From contig JBHGNT010000009.1 in NCBI GenBank assembly GCA_043228905.1, forward strand, positions 15,190,001 to 15,254,000: 64,000 nt of DNA, in the 5' to 3' direction. This DNA comes from Azolla caroliniana (taxonomy: Eukaryota; Plantae; Polypodiophyta). Positions 24,360 to 42,791 of this stretch are shown here, one piece after another. The translations under genes were made by a program, and so were the position numbers. Position 1 is the first letter of the stretch. Every line of letters begins with the position of its first letter. The notes under the pieces are model-generated. The model was not told where the DNA came from and did not search any database. It saw only the letters and a program-made list of their open reading frames with translations.

Positions 24360-26261
24360 CATTTGAAATGAAGGACTTGGGGAACCTTCATTATTTTCTT
24401 GGGATCAAAGTGATCTGAACCCTCGACAACATATTGCTCTCACAATGACACTACGTGTTAAATATGTTGTACAAGTTCAGCATGATTGAATGATGACCAA
24501 TCTTCACACCCCTGGACCAGAACATGAAACTACGTCCCGACTCCAGACCGGCCTGCAACGAGAAACGGTTCTGACAAATTGTCGGAAGCCTTATCTACTT
24601 GACTATCACCCGACCCGACATCAGTTATTCGGTCGGAGTGATTAGCCAATTCATGCAGAAGCCGACCGTGGAGCACCTTCAATGCGCACACCGGATACTC
24701 TGGTATGTTAGCAACACTAAAGATCGGGGACTGTTCTACCGACGTGGTACAACCATGGAGCTAGTTGGCTATACTGATGTTGACTGGGTAGGAGATGCGA
24801 CGGATCGTCGATCTACTTCTGGATACATGTTTTCTCTTGGTAGCGTAGTTGTTGCGTAGCTCTGTCAAGCACGGAAGCTGAGTATCGGGGCGCTACCATT
24901 GCCAACTATGATGAAGCTATATGGCTTCGGCGACATTTGCAAGACCTCCGGATCGAGGTACCGGCCCCGATCCTAATCTATTGTGACAGTGTAAGCAACA
25001 TACAACTCATTAAGAACCCTCTATTTCATGCTTAGACAAAGCACATAGAAGTACATTATCACTTTGTGCGTGAGCGGGTCTTGAGTAGTGAAGTTGAACT
25101 TCGGTATGTCCAAACGATCGGCAGGTTGCCGACATCTTTACCAAGCCGCTCGGATTGGACAAGTTGCAACACTTCTCTGAGATGCTTGGTCTACAACATC
25201 TCGACATGCCGCACTTGAGGGGGAGAATGGAAACAGGTAATGGCACCAGACAAGGAACTAGAGAGAAAGAGAGAACCAAGACACAGGGAGACAAGAAGGA
25301 AAAAGAAGTCGAGTTGGCACATCCAAAGAAGTCGGAACAAGCGGCGACGTCGATGATAGCAAAGTCAAGAAGGACAGAGCTGACTGGAAGAAGAAGAAGG
25401 CCAAGATCCGGACATGGTCTGATGTTGTGAAGGGCTGAAAATCGGGAGACGAGTTGGAGACTACCAACTTGGACAAGAGCTGGAACGAATCGGAAACTGC
25501 CGATTTAGTTCAACAATTTGATTCGGAGGAGCCGGATCTACTAAAGGCCAAGGAGACGAGGAGGCAGTAGAAGTCGATGCCGATATAGAGGAGACGACGG
25601 GTTGACAAGCGCCAGAGTCACATCAGTGAAGGAGCTGAGATGGGCTTGTTGAGTAGACAAGCCGATCGAGGAGGTCAAGGAGCACAGAACCGGACAGGTC
25701 GCAGGAAGTGGAACTGGGCTGGACAAGGAGCTCGAGTAAGGTTGGAGAATGCCAGGAGGAGCCGGAGAGAAGAACCGGCGACCACATATATTGACACCAC
25801 GATCCGACCTCAAGTTGAGCTTGAGGGGGAGTGTTGAGCGGACAAGCTCAATCGGATCCGGATTGATTGAATAAGCCAGAGCCAGATCGGTATTCGGAAT
25901 GGAGAACCGGATTGGTGTCCAGAACCAGGAGTCGGATCGGATTGTAAGTGATAGGCCGTTAGAGGCCTACGAATCTAGCCTAGTACGTAGGCATATTTTT
26001 AGGAGCAAGTGTCAGTCACTCGTATGAGCATTGAAGTACTTGTCAATACTTATGTCAATCCGTATAAGGACTTGTATAAAAGTGCTCTCTGAGCACATTC
26101 TATGTATAGAGTGTTATTATTTTGAATTTAGTTCATATTGTTATGCTCTCTCTGTCTCTGTCTCTCTTTTTGTTCTGTAAGGTTTCCAGAAAACCTGTAC
26201 TCTTTCTGTTGCTATTCGGCAGAACCGGTTTGTCATAAGCTTCCACACATTATCTTTTACA
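24360..26261 (+). mobile_element. Copia family A-like 3' fragment (RT C-terminus, RNase H, 3' LTR 25832-26261)
   Basis: FEMKDLG, TITRPDISYSVG, DRRSTSGY and ADIFTKPLG; PPT TTGAGGGGGAG; LTR TGTTGAG...TTTACA. Confidence 0.9.
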
Positions 26262-26338
26262 ATGGGGAATCCACCAAATGATACTTAATCACAAAATCCC
26301 TTAAAAACAAACTAATCCATCTCTTTCCTTAGCGCCCA

Positions 26339-26744
26339 TGTGCTCACCATCATGCACGTGGCTGGTTGTCCATCATCTCCAGTACTTTCATCATCGATGC
26401 TATCTTCTAATGTCGTGTTCGATTAAGAGGAGGCAAAAAAGGTCAGTAAATATATTGGTTTTGTGAATGTCCCTCAATTAAACAATTCTCACTAAAGTTA
26501 GCCCCTCCCTTCCCCCTCCCCCTCCTTCCAATGGAGATAGTTGTGCTCACCATCATGCACGTGGCTGGTTGTCCATCATCTCCAGTACTTTCATCATCGA
26601 TGCTATCTTCTAATGTCGTGTTCGATTAAGAGGAGGCAAAAAAGGTCAGTAAATATATTGGTTTTGTGAATGTCCCTCAATTAAACAATTCTCACTAAAG
26701 TTAGCCCCTCCCTTCCCCCTCCCCCTCCTTCCAATGGAGATAGT
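26339..26744. repeat. Tandem duplication, 2 x 203 bp, apparently identical
   Basis: Units start TGTGCTCACCATCATG at 26339 and 26542. TGTG recurs at 26745. Confidence 0.92.
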
Positions 26745-27023
26745 TGTGGCTTAACACACCAAGAGATAAAGAGTAGAGAGACAGATTCTTTTTCTTACTT
26801 AATCTTCTTCTTTAATTTAAAATAACATTTTTATCTCCCCCCTTTTCTTCTTCTTCTTCTTCCTTGCTTCCTCTTTCACCATTGTGACTCTGTTCTCTGC
26901 CCTTTCTTCTTCTTCTGTGTTTCTGATTCCTCGCTCCAGCTGTCCCTTTCACGAAGAAAGAAGAAGGACCCATTACGCAGAAAGGATCGGCTTGAATTGG
27001 GTTCCCTCTCAGATCCTTCTGCC

Positions 27024-30882
<3,859 letters not shown>

Positions 30883-31842
30883 CTTTATTTTATTTGTGTG
30901 CACAAAATTCGTGGGTGGAGAATCGAGCAGCTTGCAGGGATGATGTCTATATATGTGAAAGGAAAGGGGAGGGATGGGGATATTAATGAGTAAATGGTGT
31001 GAGTTGAAGTCTTTTTAATATGGTGATGATGATCGGTTCCAACTTCAAAAAGTGTTTTGAGAAATATCCATGTAGTGAAAAGAGTAAGAAAAGAGGAAGA
31101 GAGTTGCCTGCCTTATTCACCGGGTCGCAAGCAAAACAAGCCCCTGCCAAAAAGAACCATTTGCCATAAAATTCTGATCATTTGACAACATGCTCTATTT
31201 TATGGCCAGAAAATTTAGATTTGATATTTTGATTCCTTGTAATTCTATATAACAGTTGAGATCCGGGGTTATTTGTCGGTGAATTTTAAAACTTGCGTCT
31301 ATTTAATGGCAATATTTTTGTTTTTCTTTGTCGTATATAAATATCAGGCGGTGAATGGTTTCGATCGTCAACAATACCAATCGATGGTAATGGATGTGTG
31401 AACGAATTGAATGAACTCCCTTATTTGAGCTGTGAGGTTTTTAATTGGTTGTCAACTATGCGTAACTTATGTTGGCTTGATTTTGTTAAGGGCATGGTAT
31501 CTGCTCATGGATATGTATTCTTGTGCTGTTGTCTCCTATCACTGTTGGCTCATTGCATGGATTTGCCTATAGAAAATTCTTGATACTTTGCAAAGCAGAT
31601 TTGTGTTGTGCCAAAATTCTCAAATTTGGAAATAATTTTTTTTTGTTCTTAGTGTTGTGTCTAAACTTACAATCTTGGAAATTGAGAATAATTATTACAT
31701 GTTAGCAATCTTTTTCATATTGTGGTGCTAGTGCATACTTTCATTTTGTGGTGTACATGTGTTCCTTTGTGTATTTGCTATAAATTGAGCAAGTAAGAAG
31801 CTAAGCAAGTTGGTTTTGATTCTCTTTATGTGCATTTTACAT

Positions 31843-34800
31843 ATTGGTAGAGAAGTGAGGTAAAGTTTTAGCCATTGCCACTTTGTTCATGGCGTCCCAA
31901 CTCCCTCTTGTTGCCTTTGAAGCTGATACCCCTATGCAACTTGAGTTCTTGCAACCTCATGAGCGGCCACCCCTTTTCCAAATGGAGCTACAAGTCCTCT
32001 CTAACGATATGCTTCAAATCGACCACACAAATCAAGCTATGCTCTCCTTCCTCTTTGCTAAGAGCGAATTATCTCAAGATTGGGCAAATTCCAAGGTCCT
32101 CCCAAAGTTGTTTGGCTTGCCCTTTGAGGATGTATTAGCTTGGTTAGACCACTTTGAGATGATTTCCCGTTACCACTAATGGTATGATGTGCACAAAGGT
32201 TTGGGAGTTCGCATCTTGCTTGAAAATGTTGTTGCCACCTGGTATGTACAACAAGCAAGAGAAGTGACAAAGAACTGGGTGATCCTCTGAGATCTCCTCG
32301 TGCAAAAATTCTCCCATCAAAATTCAGCCCAAACGACATTGCAACAACTCAAGATGTTGCAACATCAAGCGCACAAACCAGTGGGTCAATTTGGTGTTCA
32401 CAAATCAACTCCTCGTTCACGTCGATCCTATTATGCATGTTACGGGCATGACCATATAATATCTCGTGGTAAGTTTATAGAATACTACGTGTATCCACAC
32501 ACTTTATCCATGTGTATAGAATACTACGGTAAAACTTACCACAGGATATTTATATGGTCAGGCTCGTAACAATGCATGGGCATGTCGATCTTTTCTTCTA
32601 ATCGCCTTGTTTGCGCCATGACATCACCCGTTGTGCCCAGGTCCAAGGTCCCACAACATTCAACGAAGTCATCCTCATCGCCCAATGCATCGAAGTTTAT
32701 ACGTTATCCGAATCCCAACCACATTGGCTCCCTCCACCATCAATCGACTTGTGAGCCTAGTACTAGGGAGTGGCTCCCATGGACATTGATGTCCAAAACG
32801 TGCACCTACAAGCTCGCCGCAACCTTCCCAATCGCGATGTCAAAGGGCACTCGAAGTGCTCTACCACAACAATTATGGACACGTATGACGTCATCGCCGA
32901 AAATTGCAATAAACCCAAATAACCATGGTTGATGCAACATCGTCGGCTGAGCTCACGAGAAACTAATCTCTGGGGTGTTGATGGAAGAACCAACCCCCAC
33001 GTCCAAGCGTCTACCTCTTCCACTTCGCAGGTATGCACCGCTCTTGTCACCATCAATCACCCCACCCACACCATCTTGTTAGACTCTGGTAGTAGTATCT
33101 CTTCCATTAGGGCCACCTTAGTTCACTAGTTAGGCCTCCCCACATCCACCGCTCCCTCCATCCAAGTCCTTTTCGGCGATCACCAACATCTATACCACTC
33201 TTGCATGCAAGCATGTTGCACCGTCACCTTAGGCAGTCTCACCTTCTGACACCACTTTTATGGCTTGCCCCACCAACTCTTCCTCCTCACCTTAAGTTGC
33301 GATTGGTTCCTCAAGCGTCGTGGTACGATTGATTTCGCGGCCCAATAACTTCTTGTCTCACGAGCTCCCTTGATCCCCCTCCTACACGATAGCCCCCCTT
33401 TCCCCCACCTGAGCCAAGTCCAGGTGGCCCTTAGTCCATAAGAGAAATTGATCTCCATCCACTAATTGTTAGCTCATTTTTCGTCACTAGCCCTCCAACC
33501 CACACATGTTCCTACTGACTCTTCATAGTACAACATACCATTCATACTGGGGACGCCACTCCCATCTGCATGACTACCCACCGGCGTTCCCCCTTCAACT
33601 ACGATCGCATTGATGTTGCCGTCACCGACATGCTTGCCAAAGGTATTATCATTCCTTCCACCAATGATTGGGTTTCGGAACCCCACCTCATCAAGAAGGA
33701 CGATGGCACCTTCTTCTTCGACATCGACTTCAGGCCTCTCAACAAAGTGACTATCCATGACCTCTACCCGCTCCCTCACGTGGACGACCTCTTGGATTAG
33801 TTGGATGGCTCCTATTATTTCACCTCCCTCAACTTAGCCTTGAGATACTGGTAGATCCCTCTAAAGCCTTCTGACACCCACAAAACCGCATTCCGCACAT
33901 GTCACGAACTGTTCTAGTTCACCCACACGCCTTTCGACACGTGTGATGCCAGCAACACATTCCAATGCATGGCCAACTCCATCTTCGCCGCCCTCATTAG
34001 CAAAGGTGTCCTCCTCGTTTATCTCGACAACATCCATCCCCATTGCCACTTGGGAAGACCATCTACAAACTCTCGTTGAAGTCCTCGCTCGCATAACTAA
34101 GCATAACTTGCAATTGCAATGGAAAAAGTGTCGATGGGGAAGCACTAACCTCCGCTTTCTCAGCTTCATCATCTCTAGCGACAAAATCCGTATGGATGCT
34201 ACAAAGGTAGCTGCCATGACCGACTACCCCCGCCCCACCTTAGTAAGAACATTGCAAAGATTTTTGGGCATGATCACCTTTTCCATTCGATTCATCCCAA
34301 AACTCGCCTCTATCACTTCTCCCCTTTGCCAGCTCTTGAAGAAAGATGTGTCATTCGTTTGGGGATCTTGCTTGCGAAGACAACTTTCGATGCCTCGAAA
34401 AAATGGTCCAAGAATTGGGGTTGCTCGCCCATCCTAACATTGACCAGTCGTTCACATTGCAAACAAATGTCTCAAACCATGGGTTAGGAGCTGTCCTCCT
34501 ACAAGACAATTGTCAAGGGCAAGCAAAGGTGGTTTCCTTCATTAGCCAAACTCTTATGCCAGCTAAACACAACTACTCAACCATTGAGAAGGAACTACTT
34601 GTGATCGTCTGGTCTTTCCAATGTTTTCACCCATACCTTCATGGCGGACAGGTTACAATTGAGATTGACCACCAACCGGGCTTGCTTTCTCTTATCCATC
34701 GACCTCATACCCCGGGCCACTTGTTGCGATGGATGTTGGCACTCCAAGATTATCAATTTACCCAGTCCTATCCAAAAGGTGTAACAAATTTGGTCGTTGA

Positions 34801-35370
34801 TAGTCTCTCTCGTGCTGACTTCTAAGCGGTCCAATTTCTCCACGAGCCATCTGCTACCACAACCCGTTACACTTCAGCAACATGACCTCGCCATCCAAGA
34901 GATAAACCATCAGTTGCAATCCCTCCAACCATTTCCCTCACAATGGCGGTTCATGCTCCACAATAACTTGGTGTTCTTCGTTCAAGCGCATCACGAGCCG
35001 CACCTCTACATCCCTCGTGTCCTACAACAAACATACCTCCAATTTTATCATGACCACCCATTGTCGGGCCATCTAGGTTTCCACAAGGTTCTCGAAAAAT
35101 TACGCCTCATGTATTACTGGCCCAACATGCGGCACTCTATCTCTACCAACATCAAACAATGTGCTTTGTGTCAACACATCAAACATGCAAGAAAGCTCGT
35201 TGGAACACTCAAACCCATCATCGTCACATCGCTTTTCGAGCTCGTCGACTGGGATTTCATGGGACCTTTTCCCTAAACCCCCAGGGGCAACAAGTATGTC
35301 TTGGTCATAACCAAATACCTCATTAGATGGATTGAAACCGTTGCCATCCCTGACGTCACTGTGCCAACCA
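31843..35370 (+). mobile_element. Old degenerate Ty3/Gypsy internal region (gag, PR, RT, RH, INT N-terminus)
   Basis: ILLDSGSS, IDFRPLNKVT..YPLP, LQRFLG, NYSTIEKELL, HDHPLSGHLG..YYWP..C..CQ and DFMGPFP, with many stops and frameshifts. A PBS-like TGGT is near 31845. Confidence 0.85.
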
Positions 35371-35550
35371 ACCTAACGAGTTGCTTATGCAAGTAAACAA
35401 ACAATGAAATTTGTTTGTCCATCAATGGTTAGTGTCTTAATAATGCTTATTCTACTAGCTACAAATTACGTATTTATTGTTGCTTTCATCATAGGTCCAA
35501 TGGTAAATATCCATGGTATTCGATGTTTGTGAGGTTGCCTCCAATTAGTA

Positions 35551-35786
35551 AGTGGTTATTAATAAGCATTGGGGATCACATTTCTACTTATGACGATCAC
35601 TATGTTAGTATATCTTGCATTCACACGTATGAAGGCTTGTTATCTATCACTATTGCCTACTAAATGTTAGTGGTTATTAATAAGCATTGGGGATCACATT
35701 TCTACTTATGACAATCACTATGTTAGTATATCTTGCATTCACACTTATGAAGGCTTGGTATCCATCACTATTGCCTACTAAATGTT
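35551..35786. repeat. Tandem duplication, 2 x ~118 bp, slightly diverged
   Basis: AGTGGTTATTAATAAGCATTGGGGATCAC at 35551 and 35669. Confidence 0.85.
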
Positions 35787-37967
35787 GGTTTGTTATCCAT
35801 TATGGTTATTAACATCTAAGGTAGGCTCACTATTCTATGTGACCTATCATAACGCTATCGTGATTGATCTATCACAACAATATTTAAAGATGTGCACTAC
35901 TAATGGAATGTGTTTTTCATTAGGTTTAATACTTCTAGAAGTATTTACAATTGAGTGTCTTCTTATAAGTTGACGTCCCTTGATAGTTATGAATACAAAG
36001 GTGAGTTATGATGTATCCATCATGGTTCTCTCTCTCTCTCTCTCTCACTTTCACATTTCTTTGAAAGGAAATGATGACATTGGCAAAAAATGGAAATACA
36101 AATAAAACATTATATTGTCACGGCCAATTGCAAATCATAGTATAAAATGGCATGTCATGTAAGAAAACATATCGTGCAATGTAATTTAAGTGCAAAACCA
36201 CAAGTCTTGTTTGCACATAGTTAAATCTTTCCCACAATTAACTACCTTTTCATTTACATTGATATTTGAACGTGTAAGAAGGCGTACTTATTTTCCTACT
36301 ATTATTCCATGAATTAGCACATTGATATTGGGAAAATACTTACCGAAATTCCTCTTTAGATGCTTGAGACAAGTTGGTCAAATTCTTGATAGACTCTAAC
36401 CTCAATTTTGTAAATAACTATGTCAATACGAGAAACACATATAGTGAGCATGTTTGTGATGTGTTGTTACAAGGTGCATGAATGTGCGACATCTAACATA
36501 TCATGCACCCAAACATGAAGTAATAATGCATTGGCAAGATCTGTGATCGTTACCTTCCTCAAGGATGTCATAAATATCAAGTGTAAAAATGATAGTTTGT
36601 AAAAGACTACATGTAACTTTTTTTGGAGTAGGAAAAAAGAAAAGTGAGGCGCAATAAGTATAGTGTAAGCAAAATTCACTAAAATTGAATATTGGGAAGG
36701 GAGAAAAGAGAAACCCAAGGGTAGTGAATGAGACATGTGTCGTGGAATGAGTTCGAGTTCAGACAATGCTAACAAGGAAAGGTAAGAAACATGGAGTTGG
36801 TCGATAAGTAGAAATAAACATTGGCAGAGAACTTGAATCCACCTAGGTTATCGGAATCAACAAATAAATTCATGATTGCAACTTGCCTTACGAATGAAAT
36901 GGGTGAGAAAGGAGTAGATTAAATTGATGCGTTGTGCATTTGGTTAAAAAATCTGCATCTCGTTTTACATGGGAGGAGCTTGGCTCATTTGCACCATGTT
37001 CCCATAGTGGAAAGCCTTTAGGGCAAGGATACTTTGTTTCAGTTGAAAGCTTGGTCGAGCTTGTCCTTGATGTTTGTTCACGTAATGTGATGATAAAGGG
37101 CCATTATTGGGATACGTTGGCGTTTACCATCCTACAAAGTCTTTTGTAGCTTACAAGTGACACTAAAAAGAACCTCATGTATGTATTTCGTCTATAGATG
37201 GGAGTTGTTGCCATTTATCATATTGGCAAATCTATTAGTATAAGCCATTTGATCACACGTATAGGTTGGTGCAATCGAGAAGTGTGATGTTAAAATATGT
37301 AACAAAGTCGCGCAATTTTTATGGGAGGGGGCCTCAACATGAATCGGACACAAAGTCTATCCGAGGTGACATGGAAAAGGACAACATGACATGACACATG
37401 TGAATTGGTGGGATCCACAAGTGGATTGTGCTGCTCACCAGCCAAGCCAGAAAAGAAAACATATACGCAACGAGCCTTAATACACACCACTACAAACAAA
37501 CAAAGTCTTGTCTTTTGTTTCTTTGTTGTTGTTTTTATATAAAAGTGACACAGAACACACAAGGAGAGACGGCGGATGTCCGTCCGGACAAGTGTGAAAA
37601 GGAAAGGCCAACAACAACGTCTCTTTGTGATTTTTTGTTGGGCGATTTTAGTTTGAAGCCGAGCCGAGCCTTCCTCTCTCTCTCTCTCTCTCATCAGAGC
37701 GCGCTCTTCACTACCCTGCCACGTGTATGTATGTATGTATTTATATGTGTATGCGTGCAGGCATGCATGCATGTATGTATGTGTATGTATGTATGTATGT
37801 ATGTAACGTAGTCTTCTTCTTCTTCTTCTTCTATTTATTGTGGTGTGGCTTGATTTCTAGTTGTACAGAGTGAAAGACTGTGAGAGTGAGGTAAGAGCAG
37901 GTACTCAGTGCAGAGCAAAGACAAAGACAAAGACAAAGACATAGACAGGCGCAAGACCTCAGCAGCT

Positions 37968-38652
37968 ATGGAGCTCAAGAATGCCCCCCTCCTCTTCCTT
38001 CTTCCTCTTCTCCTTCTTCTTCTCCTTCATGGCATGAGTAGCAGTGGTTGGAGTGCCCTGGCAGCTCCTGCTGCCCAACCTACAGCAGCTTCCACCCCTA
38101 CTACTACTGCTACTGCTCCTGTTCTTGCTCCTGTTCCCACACCTACTACTGCTCTACCCTCTTCTGCTTCCCCTGTTCCTCCACCACCACCTTCTGCTTC
38201 TGCTTCTCCTTCTCCTTCTCCTTCCCCTCCTGTTTCCACTCCTCCAGCACCTTCTCCTTCTTCTTCCTCCCCTGTTTCCACTCCTCCTCCTCCAGTAGCT
38301 TCTCCTTCTCCTTCTCCTTCTCCTTCCCCTCCTGTTTCCACTCCTGCTCCTCCAGCAGCTTCTCCATCTCCTTCCCCTGTTTTCACTCCTCCTCCTCCTC
38401 CAGCAGCTTCTCCTTCTTCCCCTGTTTCCACTCCTCCTACAGTCTCTTCCCCACCTCTTTCTTCCACACCCTCTTCCGCCCCTGTTTCTTCTTCTTCCAC
38501 ACCCTCCACATCCCCTACTCCTCTTGTGGCATCCACCCCCGCTCAAGCTCTTCCTCCCATTGTAGCCTCCACGCCTGATTCTTCCCCTACCTCTAGCCCG
38601 CCTTCCCCACCACCCTCTTCTTCATCGCCTTCTCCCCTCAATGAAGTAAGTG

Positions 38653-38694
<42 letters not shown>

Positions 38695-39202
38695 TCCCCC
38701 TTCACAACACACTCACACATACGCACACACATCTGGAAATTGTCCGTAAACCCTCCTCCAGCCTCCCCCAACCCGTTGGGTTCTTCTTGCATACACACAC
38801 ACGCATATTTCTTGAGCAAATTTCACTCTCTATTTTCAACCTATGCACACCACCACCGCCGCCGCCACGGGCTACTATATTGGACGTAGGATTTTAGCGC
38901 AGATGCGTGGTTTTCTAGTACATTTCTTGTAACTATCCTTGGTTCTTAGTTCGTACATATGCATCACATGGTCCGTAGGATATAGGTACGGAATGCATTA
39001 GCTTCATGTATGCATTTTTTTTTTATAACTTCACAAGAACATGTATGTACATCTCTAAAGGACAGAGCATCGTGCACTGTTCGTTTTTTCTCTGGCTAAC
39101 TTTTTCATCTTCCTGGTTTTGCAGAGTCACGGCGCCCGAAATGTACCTCAGGTGTTGATGTTCTTGATGGCATCTGCTGTTGCGGCTTTATATGTCATCT
39201 GA
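37968..39202 (+). CDS. Classical arabinogalactan protein / Hyp-rich glycoprotein, GPI-anchored, 2 exons, 251 aa
   Basis: Exon 1 (37968-38645) has a Leu-rich signal peptide and a Pro/Ala/Ser/Thr-rich body (AP/SP/TP, SPSPSPSPP), then a GTAAG donor. Exon 2 (39125-39202) follows TTGCAG and encodes SHGARNVPQVLMFLMASAVAALYVI*, a hydrophobic GPI signal. Confidence 0.88.
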
Positions 39203-40879
39203 GGAGCCTTGCCTCCATTGAAGGAAGTAACGCTGACAGAGATTTTGTGATCACCATACCATGGCTTCTTCTTCTCCTTCATTTTTCTTTCCATTGTTGC
39301 AGAGTTTTAGAATTCATTTGTAAGAGTTTGTTGGTAGAGGCTCCTTTCTCTCTCTGTCTCTGTCTCTGTCTCTCTCACACGCACATACACATCATCCACA
39401 TTCTTTGCTTAGACTGAGGTAATGGTATTTTAGATATATTCATTGACTTTTATGACTTTCTCTTGTCTTTACCTATTATGCTGGTACATTGTGTTGGAGT
39501 ACATATAGGAAAGAGAAACATTTGTTTTGGGTGTGATTTATTATTGTGAAAATGCAAATTATCGATTGCATCTGCTTATCATAACATGATTGATTTGTAT
39601 GAACGACGGGAGAGATGAATGTAATAACCAGGGCATTAATTGCTCTGAGATGTGGTTAGGTTAAAGCAAATTGTGATTGTTGCATCACTAAAGTGGTTTC
39701 TTCTGATCAAGGGAGTGTACCATAATATATGTCTTATGGATTGTTGATGGAACTCGGAAATGCCCTAGAAGACCATGTAAGTTCTATATATGCATTATAT
39801 ACTTCGACGGAGCCTCTCATAATCTCTAGAACATCTTTCACGCCACACCACAACACTTTTTGGTGTATACCCATCATATTATATAACCACATCCAAACTT
39901 CCTATGATTTTGACAGATTTTTTTTCATCATTCGGATTAATCTCATGGACATATGATTCGGGATTTACTTTTAGTAGCAGCAGACCAGATTATATTGGGG
40001 GTAAATTTTGTATGATCGGAATCCTCGGTTTCTTTCAATTACATCTGTTCCAAGCTTGTTGGTTCGCAGTAAAAATGCATCAAAGGCTCACACTACATGA
40101 ATTTCGACCCCTCCTCAAGTTTGGTTCTATCACATCTATTCTGGGTTTGCTAGTTTGTGGAAATGCACCAAAAAATTGCACACGAATTCCCTATATTATA
40201 GGAGTATAAGGTGTGCCAAGCCAAGTTTGTATATGACCAGTGAAAAGTGAGTAGTAAAATTGAGAGTAGTTCTATCATTGATTTGCTATTCATCAATGAG
40301 TTCCTATGTTGTCTCTCGGACCTTTTGATTGTAGATTTGAACTTTCAAGAGAGAGATTGTGGGTTTTCTAGTAAAAATTAGTATAAACCCACTACTACCC
40401 TTGACCTAAACCAAAAATCCCCTGCTCAATTTGTATGCCACTTGGGGACCTTCTTAATTTTGCTTTTGCAATGCTTACTTATCTGTCTTGTTGGAGCAAT
40501 GAATGTTCCTTGTATAACGACAATGAGGCTTTGCGTTAGTGTTTGAGATCATTAGACTACCTAGTTCTTCTAGTCTAGTGAACTCCAAGCCATTCTTTGA
40601 TGAATGCAATTATATTTATTGGTGCTCAATTGCATACCCAACTAATGTACTCTTGTGAATTTTAAGGGGCATCTTGCCTTTTCCAAAGGTAGCTTCAACT
40701 TGGCCTAGATCAGGCCTAAAGGAGCTGCAACTAGGTTCAATTATAATCTGCCAATTTAGGATCTCCTAAGTTCATAAAAGGTTATATTGGGATGACAATA
40801 GTAAGAGTTGTGGAGATGGACATTGAATTACCGGATGTCACTTTGCTCTTTCAATTCAACTACAACATCTGATGTGTTC

Positions 40880-42400
40880 GTGTTTGAGGTGAGCCTCCAT
40901 TTTGATTCTACCTTGATAACCTTGCTTTATTTTGGAGCATCTCCTTGTTTCATCTACATCACCTTTGCCTCAACGGATGATATCCTTGTCATACAACTAT
41001 CGAAGCTCGTACTAATGGAAGGAATCGATGGGTAAGGTCTATTGTGGTTTACACGCATAACCCAATTGATTCTACCTTGATAACCTTGCTTTATTTTGGA
41101 GAATATTCTTGTTTCATCTAGATCACCTTTCCCTCAATGTATCAAAGCTCGTACTAATGGAAGGAATCGATGGTTAAGTGCTTTCTTGAAGACAATTAAC
41201 GAAGCAATGATTTCGTTAATGCTTAGTAGGGTCCCAAGGGCAATTGTAGAAGAATTAACACTCTATTTCATCTCATCCCCTCAACATTCAATTGGCCTAG
41301 CTAGGTCTATTGTGGTTGACACGCACAACCCAATTGTGGATTGGTGCAGTTGATCCATCACTTTTAGCCAATCTACATGTTTCCATACACTCATGGGAGC
41401 CATTTCCAACTTGGTAGTGAGAATCAATTCAGATTCATTACCTATAAAATACCAAGACTCTACTAATGTATTCTCGAAAATTAATGTAAAATGCTTGTTC
41501 AAAAATCATCCTTGTCCCTATGATTGCACAATCGATCTACAAGATGGTGTCTATCCAATCTTCGGTCCCATATATGCATTGTTCAAACTGGAACTCAAGG
41601 TTCTCTGGAGAAGATACGAACCTCAAAAAGAGTTTCATTCAACCCTTCAAGGCATTGGCGGAGGCCCCAATCTTGTTTGTCAAGAAGAATGATGACTCGT
41701 TATGTCTATGTGTCGATTATCATGGTCTTAACAAAGCCATGTTGCATAACTGAAACCCATTGCCCTTGATCCTTTAGATCCATCCTCAACCTTTATTACA
41801 ATCAACCTTCCAGGAGCTTATAATATGGTGCGTATTAAACTCAGCAATGAATGGAAAATGGTGTTCAAAACATGATACAACCATTTCAAATATAAGGCAA
41901 TGTCATTTGGCCTCACCAACACTAATGGTTTTCCAACACAGGGTGAACGAAATATTTTAGAAGTATCTAAGATCGTTGTGTTGTTATCTACCTTGATGAC
42001 ATTCTGATTTTCTCATTGAACATGGAGGAACATATTCGATGTGTTCGGTTGGATCTAGCTAAACCTCTTCACCATGAGTTTTATGCCAAGATTGAGAAAT
42101 GTGAGTTTAATTGTACCTTGATGCAGTTCGTTAACTACATTATCTCATCCATCGAAATTATGATGGATACATGGAAGGTAGCAATAATCTAAAAGAAGCA
42201 TGTTTTGACATGGCTAAAGGATGTGCAATCATTCCTCATCTTCACAAATTTCTACCCAAAATTTATGAAAGGGTTTTCTATTCTTGCACAACCCCTTATC
42301 ATGCTTACTTGAAAAGATGCTCCTTTTATCTGAACTTTAATTGCCTAGATTGCTTCTAGGACACTTAAACAAGCCTTCATCTCTCCCCACGTGTTGCTAC
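40880..42400 (+). mobile_element. Highly degenerate Gypsy (chromovirus/Tcn1-like) protease-RT remnant
   Basis: [58 protein letters not shown] and KCEF. Boundaries are approximate. Confidence 0.75.
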
Positions 42401-42791
42401 ATCAACAAAATCAATATTTCTAACGATCAGATGGAAATGTAGGTTTACGAATGAAAATGTGTATCTCTATAGTATCAACATTTGCCTCTCCAAATTTTGT
42501 GGTTCCCAACCTGGTTAAGAGGATAGGAAACTCTCATTAGAGAAGATGATAAGAAACTTTGGTTTTTGTTTTGCATGAAAGAGAGTAACAAATAATTAGT
42601 TGGAGTAAGGCCTAGAAATCATGAACACATATACCAAAGTTATTGAATAAATCACCTGAATTTTAACACATGTAAAACTACAGGTTGTTGACAAAACTCC
42701 AACTTAGGAGGGTCATGTGTGTTTGAATGTCCTTTGTATACCCCGATACCATCATGAAATTTTGTGTAGAGAATAATAATGTTGGGATGCT

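Noticed and set aside
37908-38897. 329-aa single-exon ORF and the overlapping Gly/Glu, Cys/Ser and Arg-rich alternative-frame ORFs
   Set aside because: These are shadows of the low-complexity AGP exon. The ORF tail is intronic (CT)n sequence after a GTAAG donor.
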